Positions 52,705 to 62,562 of a stretch of 64,000 nucleotides of DNA are shown piece after piece. The stretch's first letter is position 1. Each line of letters starts with the position of its first letter. The DNA is from Waddliaceae bacterium (GTDB lineage Bacteria > Chlamydiota > Chlamydiia > Chlamydiales > Waddliaceae): the NCBI GenBank assembly GCA_963724325.1, contig CAVRUH010000001.1, positions 1,024,001-1,088,000 of the forward strand. The letters run 5' to 3'. A program made the position numbers and the translations under genes. The notes under the pieces are model-generated. The model had not been told where the DNA came from. It worked only from the letters and a program-made list of their open reading frames with translations, and made no database searches.

Positions 52705-53472
52705 TTAAGAATTTTTAAGGTGATCATAGCCATTTAGAAAATTATTTATATTATTATAAATAAATTTGACCTCGTCCAGTGGCTCTAAACACTGAATAGT
52801 TGGTTGTAGTCTTTCCTTCGCCTCAACCTTGTCTTTGTCATTATAATAACCACTTTTTACACAAAGTTCAATGACAAGCTCAATTACAAATTCTTCTTTT
52901 AATTTGTTTATCTTGTTTACATCGCTTTCATTTGCAAGTTTTGATAATGCACTATAACTGTTTGGAATACCATTTTTAATGATATTTATTTCATCTTTAC
53001 TCAGTTTACTCAAATCTTCTTTAAGTTGTGATGTGTCAGCAACTAGTATCATTGCTTTTTCACCAGGTGTAAATGAATCTAAATAGAACTTTTTGATATC
53101 AAATTTTCCTCCAAAAACTCTTTTTATTGCTGTTAGAAATCTGATGCAAAAACCTTTAAAGCCCCTTATTTTGCTAAGTTTTTCATTTGCATCTACATCA
53201 AATTTTTGTATAGATATTCTTGCTTTCTGTATTGCAGTCTCGTCTGTGTGGGGTTTTTTCATTAATTCCTGAAACTTCTTTGCAATGTCTTTTATTGCAA
53301 CATCACCTGTTATCCTTTGCGTACCAGCAACTTCACTTACATAGTTATAGCCACTGTCTACTACGATCCTTCTTCCACCCAATTTGCCGATTTTAGGTTT
53401 TAAATTTTCCAATAAAACACCTAGTTCTTCAATTGATTCAAAACTATTTAGTACAGCTTTAATTGTTGTCAT
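52705..53472 (-). CDS. MTTI-family paralogue C1
   Basis: Start at MTTI 53472 (GAGG RBS), not the track start 53559. Confidence 0.85.
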   Translation of the reverse strand: MTTIKAVLNSFESIEELGVLLENLKPKIGKLGGRRIVVDSGYNYVSEVAGTQRITGDVAIKDIAKKFQELMKKPHTDETAIQKARISIQKFDVDANEKLSKIRGFKGFCIRFLTAIKRVFGGKFDIKKFYLDSFTPGEKAMILVADTSQLKEDLSKLSKDEINIIKNGIPNSYSALSKLANESDVNKINKLKEEFVIELVIELCVKSGYYNDKDKVEAKERLQPTIQCLEPLDEVKFIYNNINNFLNGYDHLKNS

Positions 53473-53572
53473 AAAAACCTCTTGATATAAATTATTTAAC
53501 TCACATGTCAAATTGCTATTAGAACATAGCACATATGAGTCGAGTATATATATGCTCACACATATGAGTCAA

Positions 53573-53988
53573 CAACGAAAAATTGTTTGTTGAAAAAAGG
53601 GCTTGGCAATCGGACATTTGATCGAATCAAATATCCGGATGCCAAGCCCTTTTCTTGCCCGTACCCAAATTTGTGCATCCCGTGGGGATGCCTTCAATAA
53701 TAGCCCATGATGTAGCGCTGTAAGCGCAAATCGTGGGTCAATGCAAAAAATAACCTTTGCCGCGTAGCGGCACCTAATATAAGATAAATAGCCGCTACGC
53801 AGCTTGGGATATATTGTGGCATTACCCATGATTTGCGCTTACAGCGCTACATCATGGGCTATTATTGAAAATAATCCCTACGGGATAAAGGGCAAGAAAT
53901 TCCACCAGCAAAAGGTGTCAGGCTTGGCATTCGGACATTTGATCGAATCAAATGTCCGAATGCCAAGCCTGAACCTTGAGCAAAAGTG
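53573..53988. repeat. REP/BIME-like palindrome cluster 1
   Basis: GGCTTGGCATTCGGACATTTGAT-CGA-ATCAAATGTCCGAATGCCAAGCC hairpin x2; inverted pair of CCCATGATGTAGCGCTGTAAGCGCAAATCGTGGG units. Confidence 0.85.
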
Positions 53989-55155
53989 TTAAAATGCCTG
54001 GTTTATTTTTGCGATGAATCTAATTTTTAACATTGTATTCTGCAAAAAATCAAAATTTTCTTTATATATTTTTTTGAAGTCTTCAGAATGTGAATCCAAT
54101 TCCTTTCGGATCTCATAATAGAATTGCACCTTTAATATATCTTGGTTATTTTTGTTGTCTTCATTCGCAAGTTCTAATAAAATATCATATGAATTCGGTA
54201 TAAGTGACTGAATGTTTATAATTTCATTTTTGTTAAGTTTTTCCATGTCCTCTTTAAGGTCTTTGCTATCATAAGCAATCAATGCGGCCTTTTGAGTATC
54301 AGTGAGTGATTCTATGATTTCTTCCAGGGGTACGTCCTCACCCTGGATAACTTCTAGGGGTCCTTTCTCTTTAAGGGGTACATCCTCTTGCAGGAGATCT
54401 TCCAGGGGTACGTCCTCTTTCAGGAGGTCTTCCAGGGGTACTTCTTCGTTCAGTAGATCTTCCTTTTTACCAAATGCAGTAGCTATTTGTTTAATGAATG
54501 TAAGTTCTGCTACTAGAACATTCATTGCAGCATCCAGCTTATCTTCCTTGCTGCCTAACGTAAGCTTTTCATTTTCAACTCCAAACTCATAAGTAAATTC
54601 TAACTTTAATTTATCCTGCTTATTTTTATTGCCTTCATTCGCAAGTTTTAACAAAATCTCATATGACTTTGGCATATTTGACTTAAGGATTTTAATATCA
54701 TCTTTTTTTAGATGTTTCATCTCAGTTCTCAGGTCTGTGCTATCACAAGCTGTTATTATTGCTTTCTGAGTTTTAGTAAGTGATTTCATGTCAAATTCTT
54801 TCCTATCAAATTTGCCTCCAAAAAGCCTTCGTAGAACCGTTAGTAATTTTATAACAACACCTTTAAAACCTTTTTTCCCACTGACATCTATATTTGCTTG
54901 ATTATTTAATTTAGCTATAAAGGTCTTTGCTTGATTCATTGTATGTTCGGTTGTGCTAGGATCTTTTATTAATTTGTAAAACTTCTTAGCAATGTCTTTT
55001 ATTGCGACATCTCCTGTTAGTCCACGATGACCCGACGCCCCTTCAACGAATCTTCTTCCACCCATTTTTCCGATTTTTGGTTGTATATCTTTTAATAAAT
55101 TGTTGAAATCAACCATTGTATCGCATTTGTTGATTGCATCTTTAATTGTTGTCAT
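53989..55155 (-). CDS. MTTI-family paralogue A2 (2 modules plus EDVPLEDLL tandem repeat)
   Basis: N-terminus nearly identical to A1; ~30-bp tandem repeats at 54320-54463. Confidence 0.85.
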   Translation of the reverse strand: MTTIKDAINKCDTMVDFNNLLKDIQPKIGKMGGRRFVEGASGHRGLTGDVAIKDIAKKFYKLIKDPSTTEHTMNQAKTFIAKLNNQANIDVSGKKGFKGVVIKLLTVLRRLFGGKFDRKEFDMKSLTKTQKAIITACDSTDLRTEMKHLKKDDIKILKSNMPKSYEILLKLANEGNKNKQDKLKLEFTYEFGVENEKLTLGSKEDKLDAAMNVLVAELTFIKQIATAFGKKEDLLNEEVPLEDLLKEDVPLEDLLQEDVPLKEKGPLEVIQGEDVPLEEIIESLTDTQKAALIAYDSKDLKEDMEKLNKNEIINIQSLIPNSYDILLELANEDNKNNQDILKVQFYYEIRKELDSHSEDFKKIYKENFDFLQNTMLKIRFIAKINQAF

Positions 55156-55225
55156 AAAAATATCCTCTGATAAACTATTTGATTTTCCTATCTATTTGTT
55201 ATTAAAGCATTATTTTTATTTTGAG

Positions 55226-56332
55226 TCAATCACAAAAACCGGACAAATTGGGAACATGTTGACCCCCCTCTCCAGGGAAAAACTGACTTCTATATAATTT
55301 ATCGAGATCAACTATAGGTGTAAATAACACGGACGGGCTAATATTTCTATCTTCTGTTATTATTTGTACAGGTGTCTTAGCTTTTTTAGAAAAGTTAGGT
55401 CGCGAAAAATTATAGAAATTTTGATACATTTGAGTCTTTATGAAGAAATCATCCCTTGAACTGAACTTCTCTAAATCAAAAAATTCAACTTCAATCGTAT
55501 TGTGTATACTTTCGACATCTGCATTCGCATTGCTCATACTCGGAGGAATATAATTATGCTTGGCACCAAACCGACTCTCTATAAGATCGACAAATCCATC
55601 CACCTTTACACCGCGTTGCCTTCCACCACCAAATTCGCTTCCATTGTCCGTCTGCACAATTACTTCACTCAAATCAACCTTGAAATACTTTAGCCAATCT
55701 AAATAAAACGAAGTGAATAGTATTGAATACTGTTCACTGTATTCATCAGCGAATCCTAAAACTGTACCACCACTTTTCGTATCTCTAATCGTATATTGAT
55801 ATTTAGGAAGGCCTAGTGATTGCATTTGTGTCCAATAATACGGAATGTCCTTCAGATGCTTAACATCTTCTTGATGGTGTGTGAGTGCTTTATATTTTGC
55901 CTTAATTGCTCGGAGATCGTTTTTTGTATGGTGCTTTTTCTTTCGCTTTCTTGCCAAGCCCCTGGACTTAAGAATCCTTCTTATAGCATCTTCAGAAGCC
56001 TTAATCTCAAAAAACCATTTCAGTCGTTTCGGTCCGTAACACGGAACTTCCTTGCGACACTTAACGATATAATCTTCGTCTTCCTGAGATGTTTTATGTG
56101 GAATATTCTTAGGGGCCCGGCTACGATTAACTAGTCCGGAACGTCCTTCAATTTTATATCTTTCAACCCAAAGATCAACAGTATTTTTGCTACACCCAAA
56201 TTTCTTTTCGGTAGCATTTTTCCCATGTTTTTCGGCATATCTCACCATTTGCAAGCGAATTGCCTCTTGTTCTGCTTTACTTCTTTTGTTAACCATATTA
56301 CAGTACGGTGTTGGTTCATGTTTTGACTTCAT
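55226..56332 (-). CDS. DDE transposase (HTH plus integrase core)
   Basis: W.ERY...G..GL.NRSRAP, YGPKRL, QEDVK, VQTDNGSEF, NADVES. Confidence 0.9.
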   Translation of the reverse strand: MKSKHEPTPYCNMVNKRSKAEQEAIRLQMVRYAEKHGKNATEKKFGCSKNTVDLWVERYKIEGRSGLVNRSRAPKNIPHKTSQEDEDYIVKCRKEVPCYGPKRLKWFFEIKASEDAIRRILKSRGLARKRKKKHHTKNDLRAIKAKYKALTHHQEDVKHLKDIPYYWTQMQSLGLPKYQYTIRDTKSGGTVLGFADEYSEQYSILFTSFYLDWLKYFKVDLSEVIVQTDNGSEFGGGRQRGVKVDGFVDLIESRFGAKHNYIPPSMSNANADVESIHNTIEVEFFDLEKFSSRDDFFIKTQMYQNFYNFSRPNFSKKAKTPVQIITEDRNISPSVLFTPIVDLDKLYRSQFFPGEGGQHVPNLSGFCD

Positions 56333-57071
56333 TACGGATGCCTCCTTTACTCGAAGGTCATCCTAGTAATGAAGTCTTTTTTTTTAAAACAAATTCTTGA
56401 TATAGATATGCATATTGCATGCCAATTTGGAGGTAGAAGTATGCATCTGAATAATACCAGTAAAACCAACGAAATCACAGCAAGTCACCCTACAAATTAA
56501 CCGCGGAACAAAATAGGGTATATTTATGGCTAAAGGAGCAAAAGCTTAATGTAGATGATGACACTCTTAATTATTGGACAAGAAAGTACCATTCACAACG
56601 CTTAGTAGATGTAGTGAGATTTGCCTATAGAAGAGTACACGAAGGAAAACAAATCAAAAATATCGGGGGGTGGATACATAAGCTACTCAAAGACGGCTCT
56701 CCCGTAGTAACCGATAACTGTCATAACAATCTCGGATTTCTCAAGATATTTATGAAAGATCATCATTGGCAAAGCCTGAACGTTTATGAGAAGTATGTGA
56801 AAGATGAAATAACAGGGGATGATTTATCGCTAACCATACAACCAGCAGAATTTCGCAGGGCGTGGTAGGCAATACACAATCGAAGCCAACTTTAATTTTC
56901 ATTGCCTTATTATATTCAAATTTTTTAAATTTTAAAATTTATTTTTATAGTTCTTGATAGTAAACTTTCATTGCATACATTAATTTCTTCTTTATATTTA
57001 GAACCTAAACAATATAATTTAATATTTTTGTATGAAGTAGGGGGGGTCAACATGTGCCCCTACTTTCCCGG
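55239..57071 (-). mobile_element. IS481-like insertion sequence (~1.83 kb) with 13-bp target duplication
   Basis: Imperfect terminal IRs CCGG..ACATGTTGACCCCCCT; direct repeat TCAATCACAAAAA at 55226-55238 and 57072-57084; empty homologous site at ~51735. Confidence 0.85.
56441..56868 (+). pseudogene. Frameshifted passenger gene inside the IS
   Basis: GGAGG RBS plus ATG 56441, stop at 56500; another frame open 56464-56868 (YKLTAEQNRVYLWLKEQ...IKNIGGWIHK). Confidence 0.45.
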
Positions 57072-57150
57072 TCAATCACAAAAACGGTTGCCGGGCCACG
57101 ATTTAGGACAAAGCGGGGGTCATGCCAAGTGGGATGCGGAATGGCATGTT

Positions 57151-57915
57151 TTATGCTAATTCTGGGACAAAGCCGTCAAGTAAATTAGATGCAATATCCT
57201 CTAAAAATTTGACGCGTTCCAGAAATTTAAAAATTGGTGCGAGTGTTTCGAATTTCTCATTTGTCCTCTCCGTGTGTTTGGTACTATAGGTGCCAATTTT
57301 TTCATATAATTCAATGACAAACTCAATTAGTAATATTTCTTTTAATTTATTTTTCTTGTTTATATCTCTTTTATTTGCAAGTTGTGATAGTATAATATGT
57401 GTCTTTGGTAAAAATGTTTTGAGGTTATTTATTTCATCTTTACTCAGTTTACTCAAATCTTCTTTAAGTTGTGATGTGTCAGCAGCTAGTATCATTGCTT
57501 TTTCTTCAGATGTAAATGAGTCTAAATAGAATTTTTTGATTTCAAATTTTCCTCCAAAAACTCTTTTTATTGCAGTTAGAAATCTGATGCAAAAACCTTT
57601 GAAGCCCCCTATCTCGCTAAGTTTTTCATTTGCATCTACATCAAATTTTTGTATAGATATTCTTGCTTTCAGTATTGCAGTCTTGTCTGTGTGTGGTTTT
57701 TTTATTAATTCCTGAAACTTCTTTGCAATGTCTTTTATTGTAACATCACCTGTTATCCTTTGCGTACCAGCAACTTCATTTGCATTGTTAGAGCCACTGT
57801 CTACTACGATCCTTCTTCCACCCAATTTGCCGATTTTAGGTGTTAAATTTTCCAATAAATCACCCAGTTCTTCAATTGATTCAAAACTATTTAGTACAGC
57901 TTTAATTGTTGTCAT
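57151..57915 (-). CDS. MTTI-family paralogue B2
   Basis: Start at MTTI 57915; C-terminus LLDGFVPELA similar to B1. Confidence 0.85.
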   Translation of the reverse strand: MTTIKAVLNSFESIEELGDLLENLTPKIGKLGGRRIVVDSGSNNANEVAGTQRITGDVTIKDIAKKFQELIKKPHTDKTAILKARISIQKFDVDANEKLSEIGGFKGFCIRFLTAIKRVFGGKFEIKKFYLDSFTSEEKAMILAADTSQLKEDLSKLSKDEINNLKTFLPKTHIILSQLANKRDINKKNKLKEILLIEFVIELYEKIGTYSTKHTERTNEKFETLAPIFKFLERVKFLEDIASNLLDGFVPELA

Positions 57916-58015
57916 AAAAACCTCTTGATATAAATTATTTAACTCACATGTCAAATTGCTATTAGAACATAGCACATATGAGTCGAGTATATATATGCTC
58001 ACACATATGAGTCAA

Positions 58016-58650
58016 CAACGAAAAATTGTTTGTTGAAAAAAGGGCTTGGCAATCGGACATTTGATCGAATCAAATGTCCGAATGCCAAGCTCTTTTCTTA
58101 CCCCTGACCAAATTTGTGCATCCCATAGGGATTATTTTCAATAATAGCCCATGATTTGCGCTTACAGCGCTACATCATGGGCTATTATTGAAAATAATCC
58201 CTACGGGATAAAGGGCAAGAAATTCCACCAGCAAAAGACACAGCCATTAATGTCACCCTTTATATCGAAAAAGACTTTAATACTAAAAAAGTGTCAGGCT
58301 TGGCAATCGGACATTTGATCGAATCAAATGTTCGAATGCCAAGCCCTTTTCTTGACCATGCCCAAAATTTGTGCATCCCATGGGGATGCCTTTAATAATA
58401 GCCCATGATGTAGCGCTGTAAGCGAAAATCGTGGGTCAATGCAAAAAAATAACCTTTGCCGCGCAGCGGCACCTAATATAAGATAAATAGGCGCTACGCG
58501 ACTAAGGAAATGTTTTGGCATTACCCACGATTTCGCGTTCAGCGCTACATCATGGGCTATTATGAAAAAAATCCCTACGGGCAGCAAAAGACATAGCCAT
58601 TAATGGCACTAATTTTATCGAAAAAGACTTTAATTTACCTTGGTTTTTTT
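58016..58650. repeat. REP/BIME-like palindrome cluster 2
   Basis: Same two hairpin types as 53573-53988, partly duplicated. Confidence 0.85.
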
Positions 58651-58661
58651 TGAGTCAACCA

Positions 58662-59429
58662 TTAAGAATTTTCAAAGTGATCATAGCCTTTAAGAAAATA
58701 ATGCACATTATCATGAATAAATGTGACCTCGTCCAGTGGGTTTAAACACTGAATAGTTGGTTTCATTCTTTCCAGCCCCTCAGCCTTATCTTTGGCACTA
58801 TAAAAACCAGTTTTTACAAAAAATTCAATGACAAATTCAATTAGAAATTCTTCTTTTAATTTGTTTATCTTGTTTACATCACTTTCATTTGCAAGTTTTG
58901 ATAATGCACTATAACTGTTTGGAATACATTTTTTAATGGTATTTATTTCATCCTTACTCAGTTTACTCAAATCTTCTTTAAGTTGTGATATGTCAGCATC
59001 TAGTATCATTGCTTTTTCACCAGGTGTAAATGAATCTAAATAGAACTTTTTGATATCAAATGTTCCTCCAAAAACTCTTTTTATTGCTGTTAGAAATCTG
59101 ATGCAAAAACCTTTAAAGCCCCTTATCTCGCAAAGTTTTGCATTTGCATTTATATCTAATTTTTGTATAGATATTCTTGCTTTCTGTATTGCAGTCTCGT
59201 CTGTGTGGGGTTTTTTCATTAATTCCTGAAACTTCTTTGCAATGTCTTTTATTGCAACATCACCTGTTATCCTTTGCGTACCAGCAACTTCACTTACATA
59301 GTTATAGCCACTGTCTACTACGATCCTTCTTCCACCCAATTTGCCGATTTTAGGTGTTAAATTTTCCAATAAATCACCCAGTTCTTCAATTGATTCAAAA
59401 CTATTTAGTACAGCTTTAATTGTTGTCAT
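58662..59429 (-). CDS. MTTI-family paralogue C2
   Basis: Start at MTTI 59429; C-terminus GYDHFENS similar to C1. Confidence 0.85.
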   Translation of the reverse strand: MTTIKAVLNSFESIEELGDLLENLTPKIGKLGGRRIVVDSGYNYVSEVAGTQRITGDVAIKDIAKKFQELMKKPHTDETAIQKARISIQKLDINANAKLCEIRGFKGFCIRFLTAIKRVFGGTFDIKKFYLDSFTPGEKAMILDADISQLKEDLSKLSKDEINTIKKCIPNSYSALSKLANESDVNKINKLKEEFLIEFVIEFFVKTGFYSAKDKAEGLERMKPTIQCLNPLDEVTFIHDNVHYFLKGYDHFENS

Positions 59430-59529
59430 AAAAACCTCTTGATATAAATTATTTAACTCACATGTCAAATTGCTATTAGAACATAGCACATATGAGTCGA
59501 GTATATATATACTCACAGATATGAGTCAA

Positions 59530-59910
59530 CAACGAAAAATTGTTTGTTGAAAAAAGGGCTTGGCATTCGGACATTTGATCGAATCAAATGTCCGAATGCC
59601 AAGCCCTTTTCTTACCCCTGACCAAATTTGTGCATCCCATGGGGATGCCTTTAATAATAGCCCATGATGTAGCGCTGTAAGCGAAAATCGTGGGTCAATG
59701 CAAAAAAATAACCTTTGCCGCGCAGCGGCACCTAATATAAGATAAATAGGCGCTACGCGACTAAGGAAATGTTTTGGCATTACCCACGATTTGCGCTTAC
59801 AGCGCTACATCATGGGCTATTATTGAAAATATCCCTACGGGATAAAGGGCAAGAAATTCCACCAGCAAAAGACGTAGCCATTAATGTCACCAATTTTATC
59901 GAAAACGACT
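59530..59910. repeat. REP/BIME-like palindrome cluster 3
   Basis: Near-identical to clusters 1 and 2. Confidence 0.85.
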
Positions 59911-59933
59911 ATAAATTGGGTGTTGTGGTTTGA

Positions 59934-61280
59934 CTATAGAGAAGGGGAGTCCATCAGGAGTTTTTCTAGGGGTTGCTCGGCTTCCCTTCGGGCGATGTTA
60001 TCTAGCTCTTCCATGAGTTTTGCCTGTTCACTGGCATCAATACCTTCGTATTCGACGATCAATTCGTGAATTTTTTCGTGAAAATTTGATACGAAAGCCA
60101 CATTGTGTTCGTCGATGAGCTCGTATATTTTTTGTGAAACCTCGCTCAATTGCGCCTCTCTTTTGCCTGCAATCTCATGCAGTTTCCAGTGCAAAGCTTT
60201 CCGATCAGTTTCGATCACTTCATCTTCTTCGGGTTTTTCGACAATACGACTTGTTAAAACAATGCCATCGTCATTGAATCTGATATAAGCTACGGTCAAT
60301 TTATCTTCAGGAATGTAGATGGATAGACTTTTTATTGCTTCTGTCGCCGTTTCGACTCCTTTTGATGAATACAATACCAGATTTGGGAATTGCATCAGGG
60401 ACTCGACCTCTTGTTGAAATTCGTACGCTTGTTCTTGTGAAGGCGGCGTTTTCTTTAATTCTATTGCCTTGTTCACTACGGATTCCCCAAATGGAAAGAA
60501 TCTAGGGGCATTATAGACATAATTTTCGGCGCCGGGTCTCGAAGCTGCCAACCCTTTTGGAGGAGAAAATCCCCATCTGTTTTTTTTCCCTGCTAGCGAT
60601 GCCAAAGACATGATTTTTCCTTGCTTGACCAGTTTTGAAACTTCATCGCCATTAGCGCCGGAAAGGGGATTTTGATTAGCCAGAAGTCTATTCAAATTCT
60701 TTAAATCGGAAATTTTTCGAAGTTCCATGTTTCTTGAGTCTATTACAATGGCTTTTTTGTGGATGATCCATTGAAATAAATTGGGTGCAGGTTGTGCGAT
60801 CACAAGAAACTGTGACATATCGCCTTTTGTATAGACCCTTAAAAGATATGGATAGTTATTGAATTGACCTTGTGAATTGATGACAGCTTGGGGGTCTAAG
60901 TCGGGGGAGACCACTTTTGTGATGAGTGAGTTCAGAAATTCGGGATCGGACCAGTTCTGTTTATTGGGAGCGTGGTGATTGAGTTGTGAATAGATAAGTG
61001 CCATAGCAATGTCGGCGACGCCGGCTGCGACCTTTTTTTCTTCTTGGCTATTTTTTCCGCTTTCTCGAAAATAAAATCCGCTTGCTAGAACAGTGCAGAG
61101 GGTCATCAAAGCAAAAAAACTGGCGGCGATAAACCTCCAACTTTTATTTACAAAGACGGTATCCTCGACAACGGCCTTAGGGCCTTCCTGCTGCCAGTTT
61201 TCGGTTTCATCTTCAAACTCATCTATTATCATCAACACATCCCTAAAAAGTAGTAAATGGGGTATCCGCTCTTCTAGCAT
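59934..61280 (-). CDS. Membrane-anchored hypothetical protein
   Basis: Single TM segment near residues 50-70, soluble C-terminal region. Confidence 0.65.
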   Translation of the reverse strand: MLEERIPHLLLFRDVLMIIDEFEDETENWQQEGPKAVVEDTVFVNKSWRFIAASFFALMTLCTVLASGFYFRESGKNSQEEKKVAAGVADIAMALIYSQLNHHAPNKQNWSDPEFLNSLITKVVSPDLDPQAVINSQGQFNNYPYLLRVYTKGDMSQFLVIAQPAPNLFQWIIHKKAIVIDSRNMELRKISDLKNLNRLLANQNPLSGANGDEVSKLVKQGKIMSLASLAGKKNRWGFSPPKGLAASRPGAENYVYNAPRFFPFGESVVNKAIELKKTPPSQEQAYEFQQEVESLMQFPNLVLYSSKGVETATEAIKSLSIYIPEDKLTVAYIRFNDDGIVLTSRIVEKPEEDEVIETDRKALHWKLHEIAGKREAQLSEVSQKIYELIDEHNVAFVSNFHEKIHELIVEYEGIDASEQAKLMEELDNIARREAEQPLEKLLMDSPSL

Positions 61281-61367
61281 ATATCGACCATCCGAGTCAA
61301 GCTGAATATATCGCTTGATAAAATAGATGACAATGGTGTATAATGTTAAGCAAAATTGAGGAATGAT

Positions 61368-62542
61368 ATGATTACATTAACAAAAGAATTTACTGTTAAT
61401 ATTTTTCTAAGAGAAATAAAAAGTAATGGTTCCAAGGGATATGTTAATATCCGTAGTGTTCCAAAAACTGGAGAGAATGTGCCGATTTAGCGTGGAACAT
61501 CTTTAACGGAAACAATTATGTAGTCATTGATGGTGAATTTCCAGAAAAATTCAAGCTAATCCACACTATTCAACCCAATCTTAAATACCTGGATTTGAAA
61601 AATCATCTGTATGATTTTACAGAGATTTTAAAATTATATCCTGGTTTAAAGGGAATAAAGAATGGATGTAAAGGTATCTATGAGTATTGTCATGATTTAG
61701 AAGAGTTGCATGTTCGGGGTTTGAATAAAATAGATTCCACTGCGATGAAAAATCTAAGTAAACTCAAATCTTTAACTGTGTTTTATGCTTGTTCACGCTC
61801 TCTTGACTTGCCCAAATCAATAGAAAGTATAATTTTAAAAGAGGGCGATGAATGCGAATTTCTAATCCCGGAAGATGCAACAATGAAGCACTTGGAGATG
61901 GTTTTAATACATGGAAAAAAAGATGTTGTTCGAGACTTATCTTCCACTGCCTGGAGAACTCTGGAGACTCTCAAACTCATCAATGTCCTTAATATGAAAG
62001 TTTTAAAACTACGTTCTGATATGGAGATGCTCCGTTCTATTGAGCTTGAGAATTGTCCTAGTCTTTCCGGAATAAATTTTACAATATCGAAAGCGAATCA
62101 TCTAGTAAATTTTGAGATAACGACATTGGCTATTGAGAATCTCGAACTACCTGAAGAAATGCCTCAACTGAAAAATTTGAAAATTAATTGTTGCAAAATT
62201 CAGAAATTAACTTTGCCCGAGACGTTTCCAAGTCTAGAGCACCTCTACTTTTCGAACTTTGATAACTGCCCGGCTGCTTTACAATTAGAATCTTCAAAAT
62301 CGCTTATCTCTCTTAAGTTGCTTAAAATTGCCGGCCTGATACGCATAATATTTCCACAAACCTCTACTAGTCTTGAGAGTGTTGAGATCTATCAAGAAGG
62401 AGCGCTGGAAGTCGTCGGAATTAATGAGATTGCCCGCAATGTCAAAAATGTGTCTATGTCAGCAGAGCCTCTGCGTGAGCTCAAAGCTTCAGTAAAACGT
62501 CGCAAATATGACCTTGACAAGAAGGGCATTTCTATAGTATAA
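61368..62542 (+). pseudogene. LRR-like protein with probable frameshift near 61470
   Basis: GAGGA RBS plus ATG 61368, stop ~61490; the frame of ORF 61595 is open upstream to ~61470; LRR repeats LETLKL, LRSIELENCPSL, LKNLKINCC, LEHLYF. Confidence 0.55.
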
Positions 62543-62562
62543 TCGTTGCTTTGAGGTGAAAA

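Noticed and set aside
53473..53559. MSIYILDSY... N-terminal extensions of C1, B2 and C2
   Set aside because: They overlap the promoter/operator; the RBS and paralogue alignment place the start at MTTI
50262..59516. Diversity-generating retroelement or shufflon
   Set aside because: No reverse transcriptase or recombinase in the window, all genes are co-oriented, and I saw no adenine-specific TR/VR pattern
53569..59780. Small ORFs in the palindrome clusters (53569-53829, 53804-53992, 58324-58587, 59526-59780)
   Set aside because: They lie wholly within repeat DNA and their frames differ between copies
53573..59910. CRISPR array or integron attC cassettes
   Set aside because: No regular repeat-unique spacer periodicity, no cas or integrase gene, no RYYYAAC/GTTRRRY boxes; the intervening genes are paralogues
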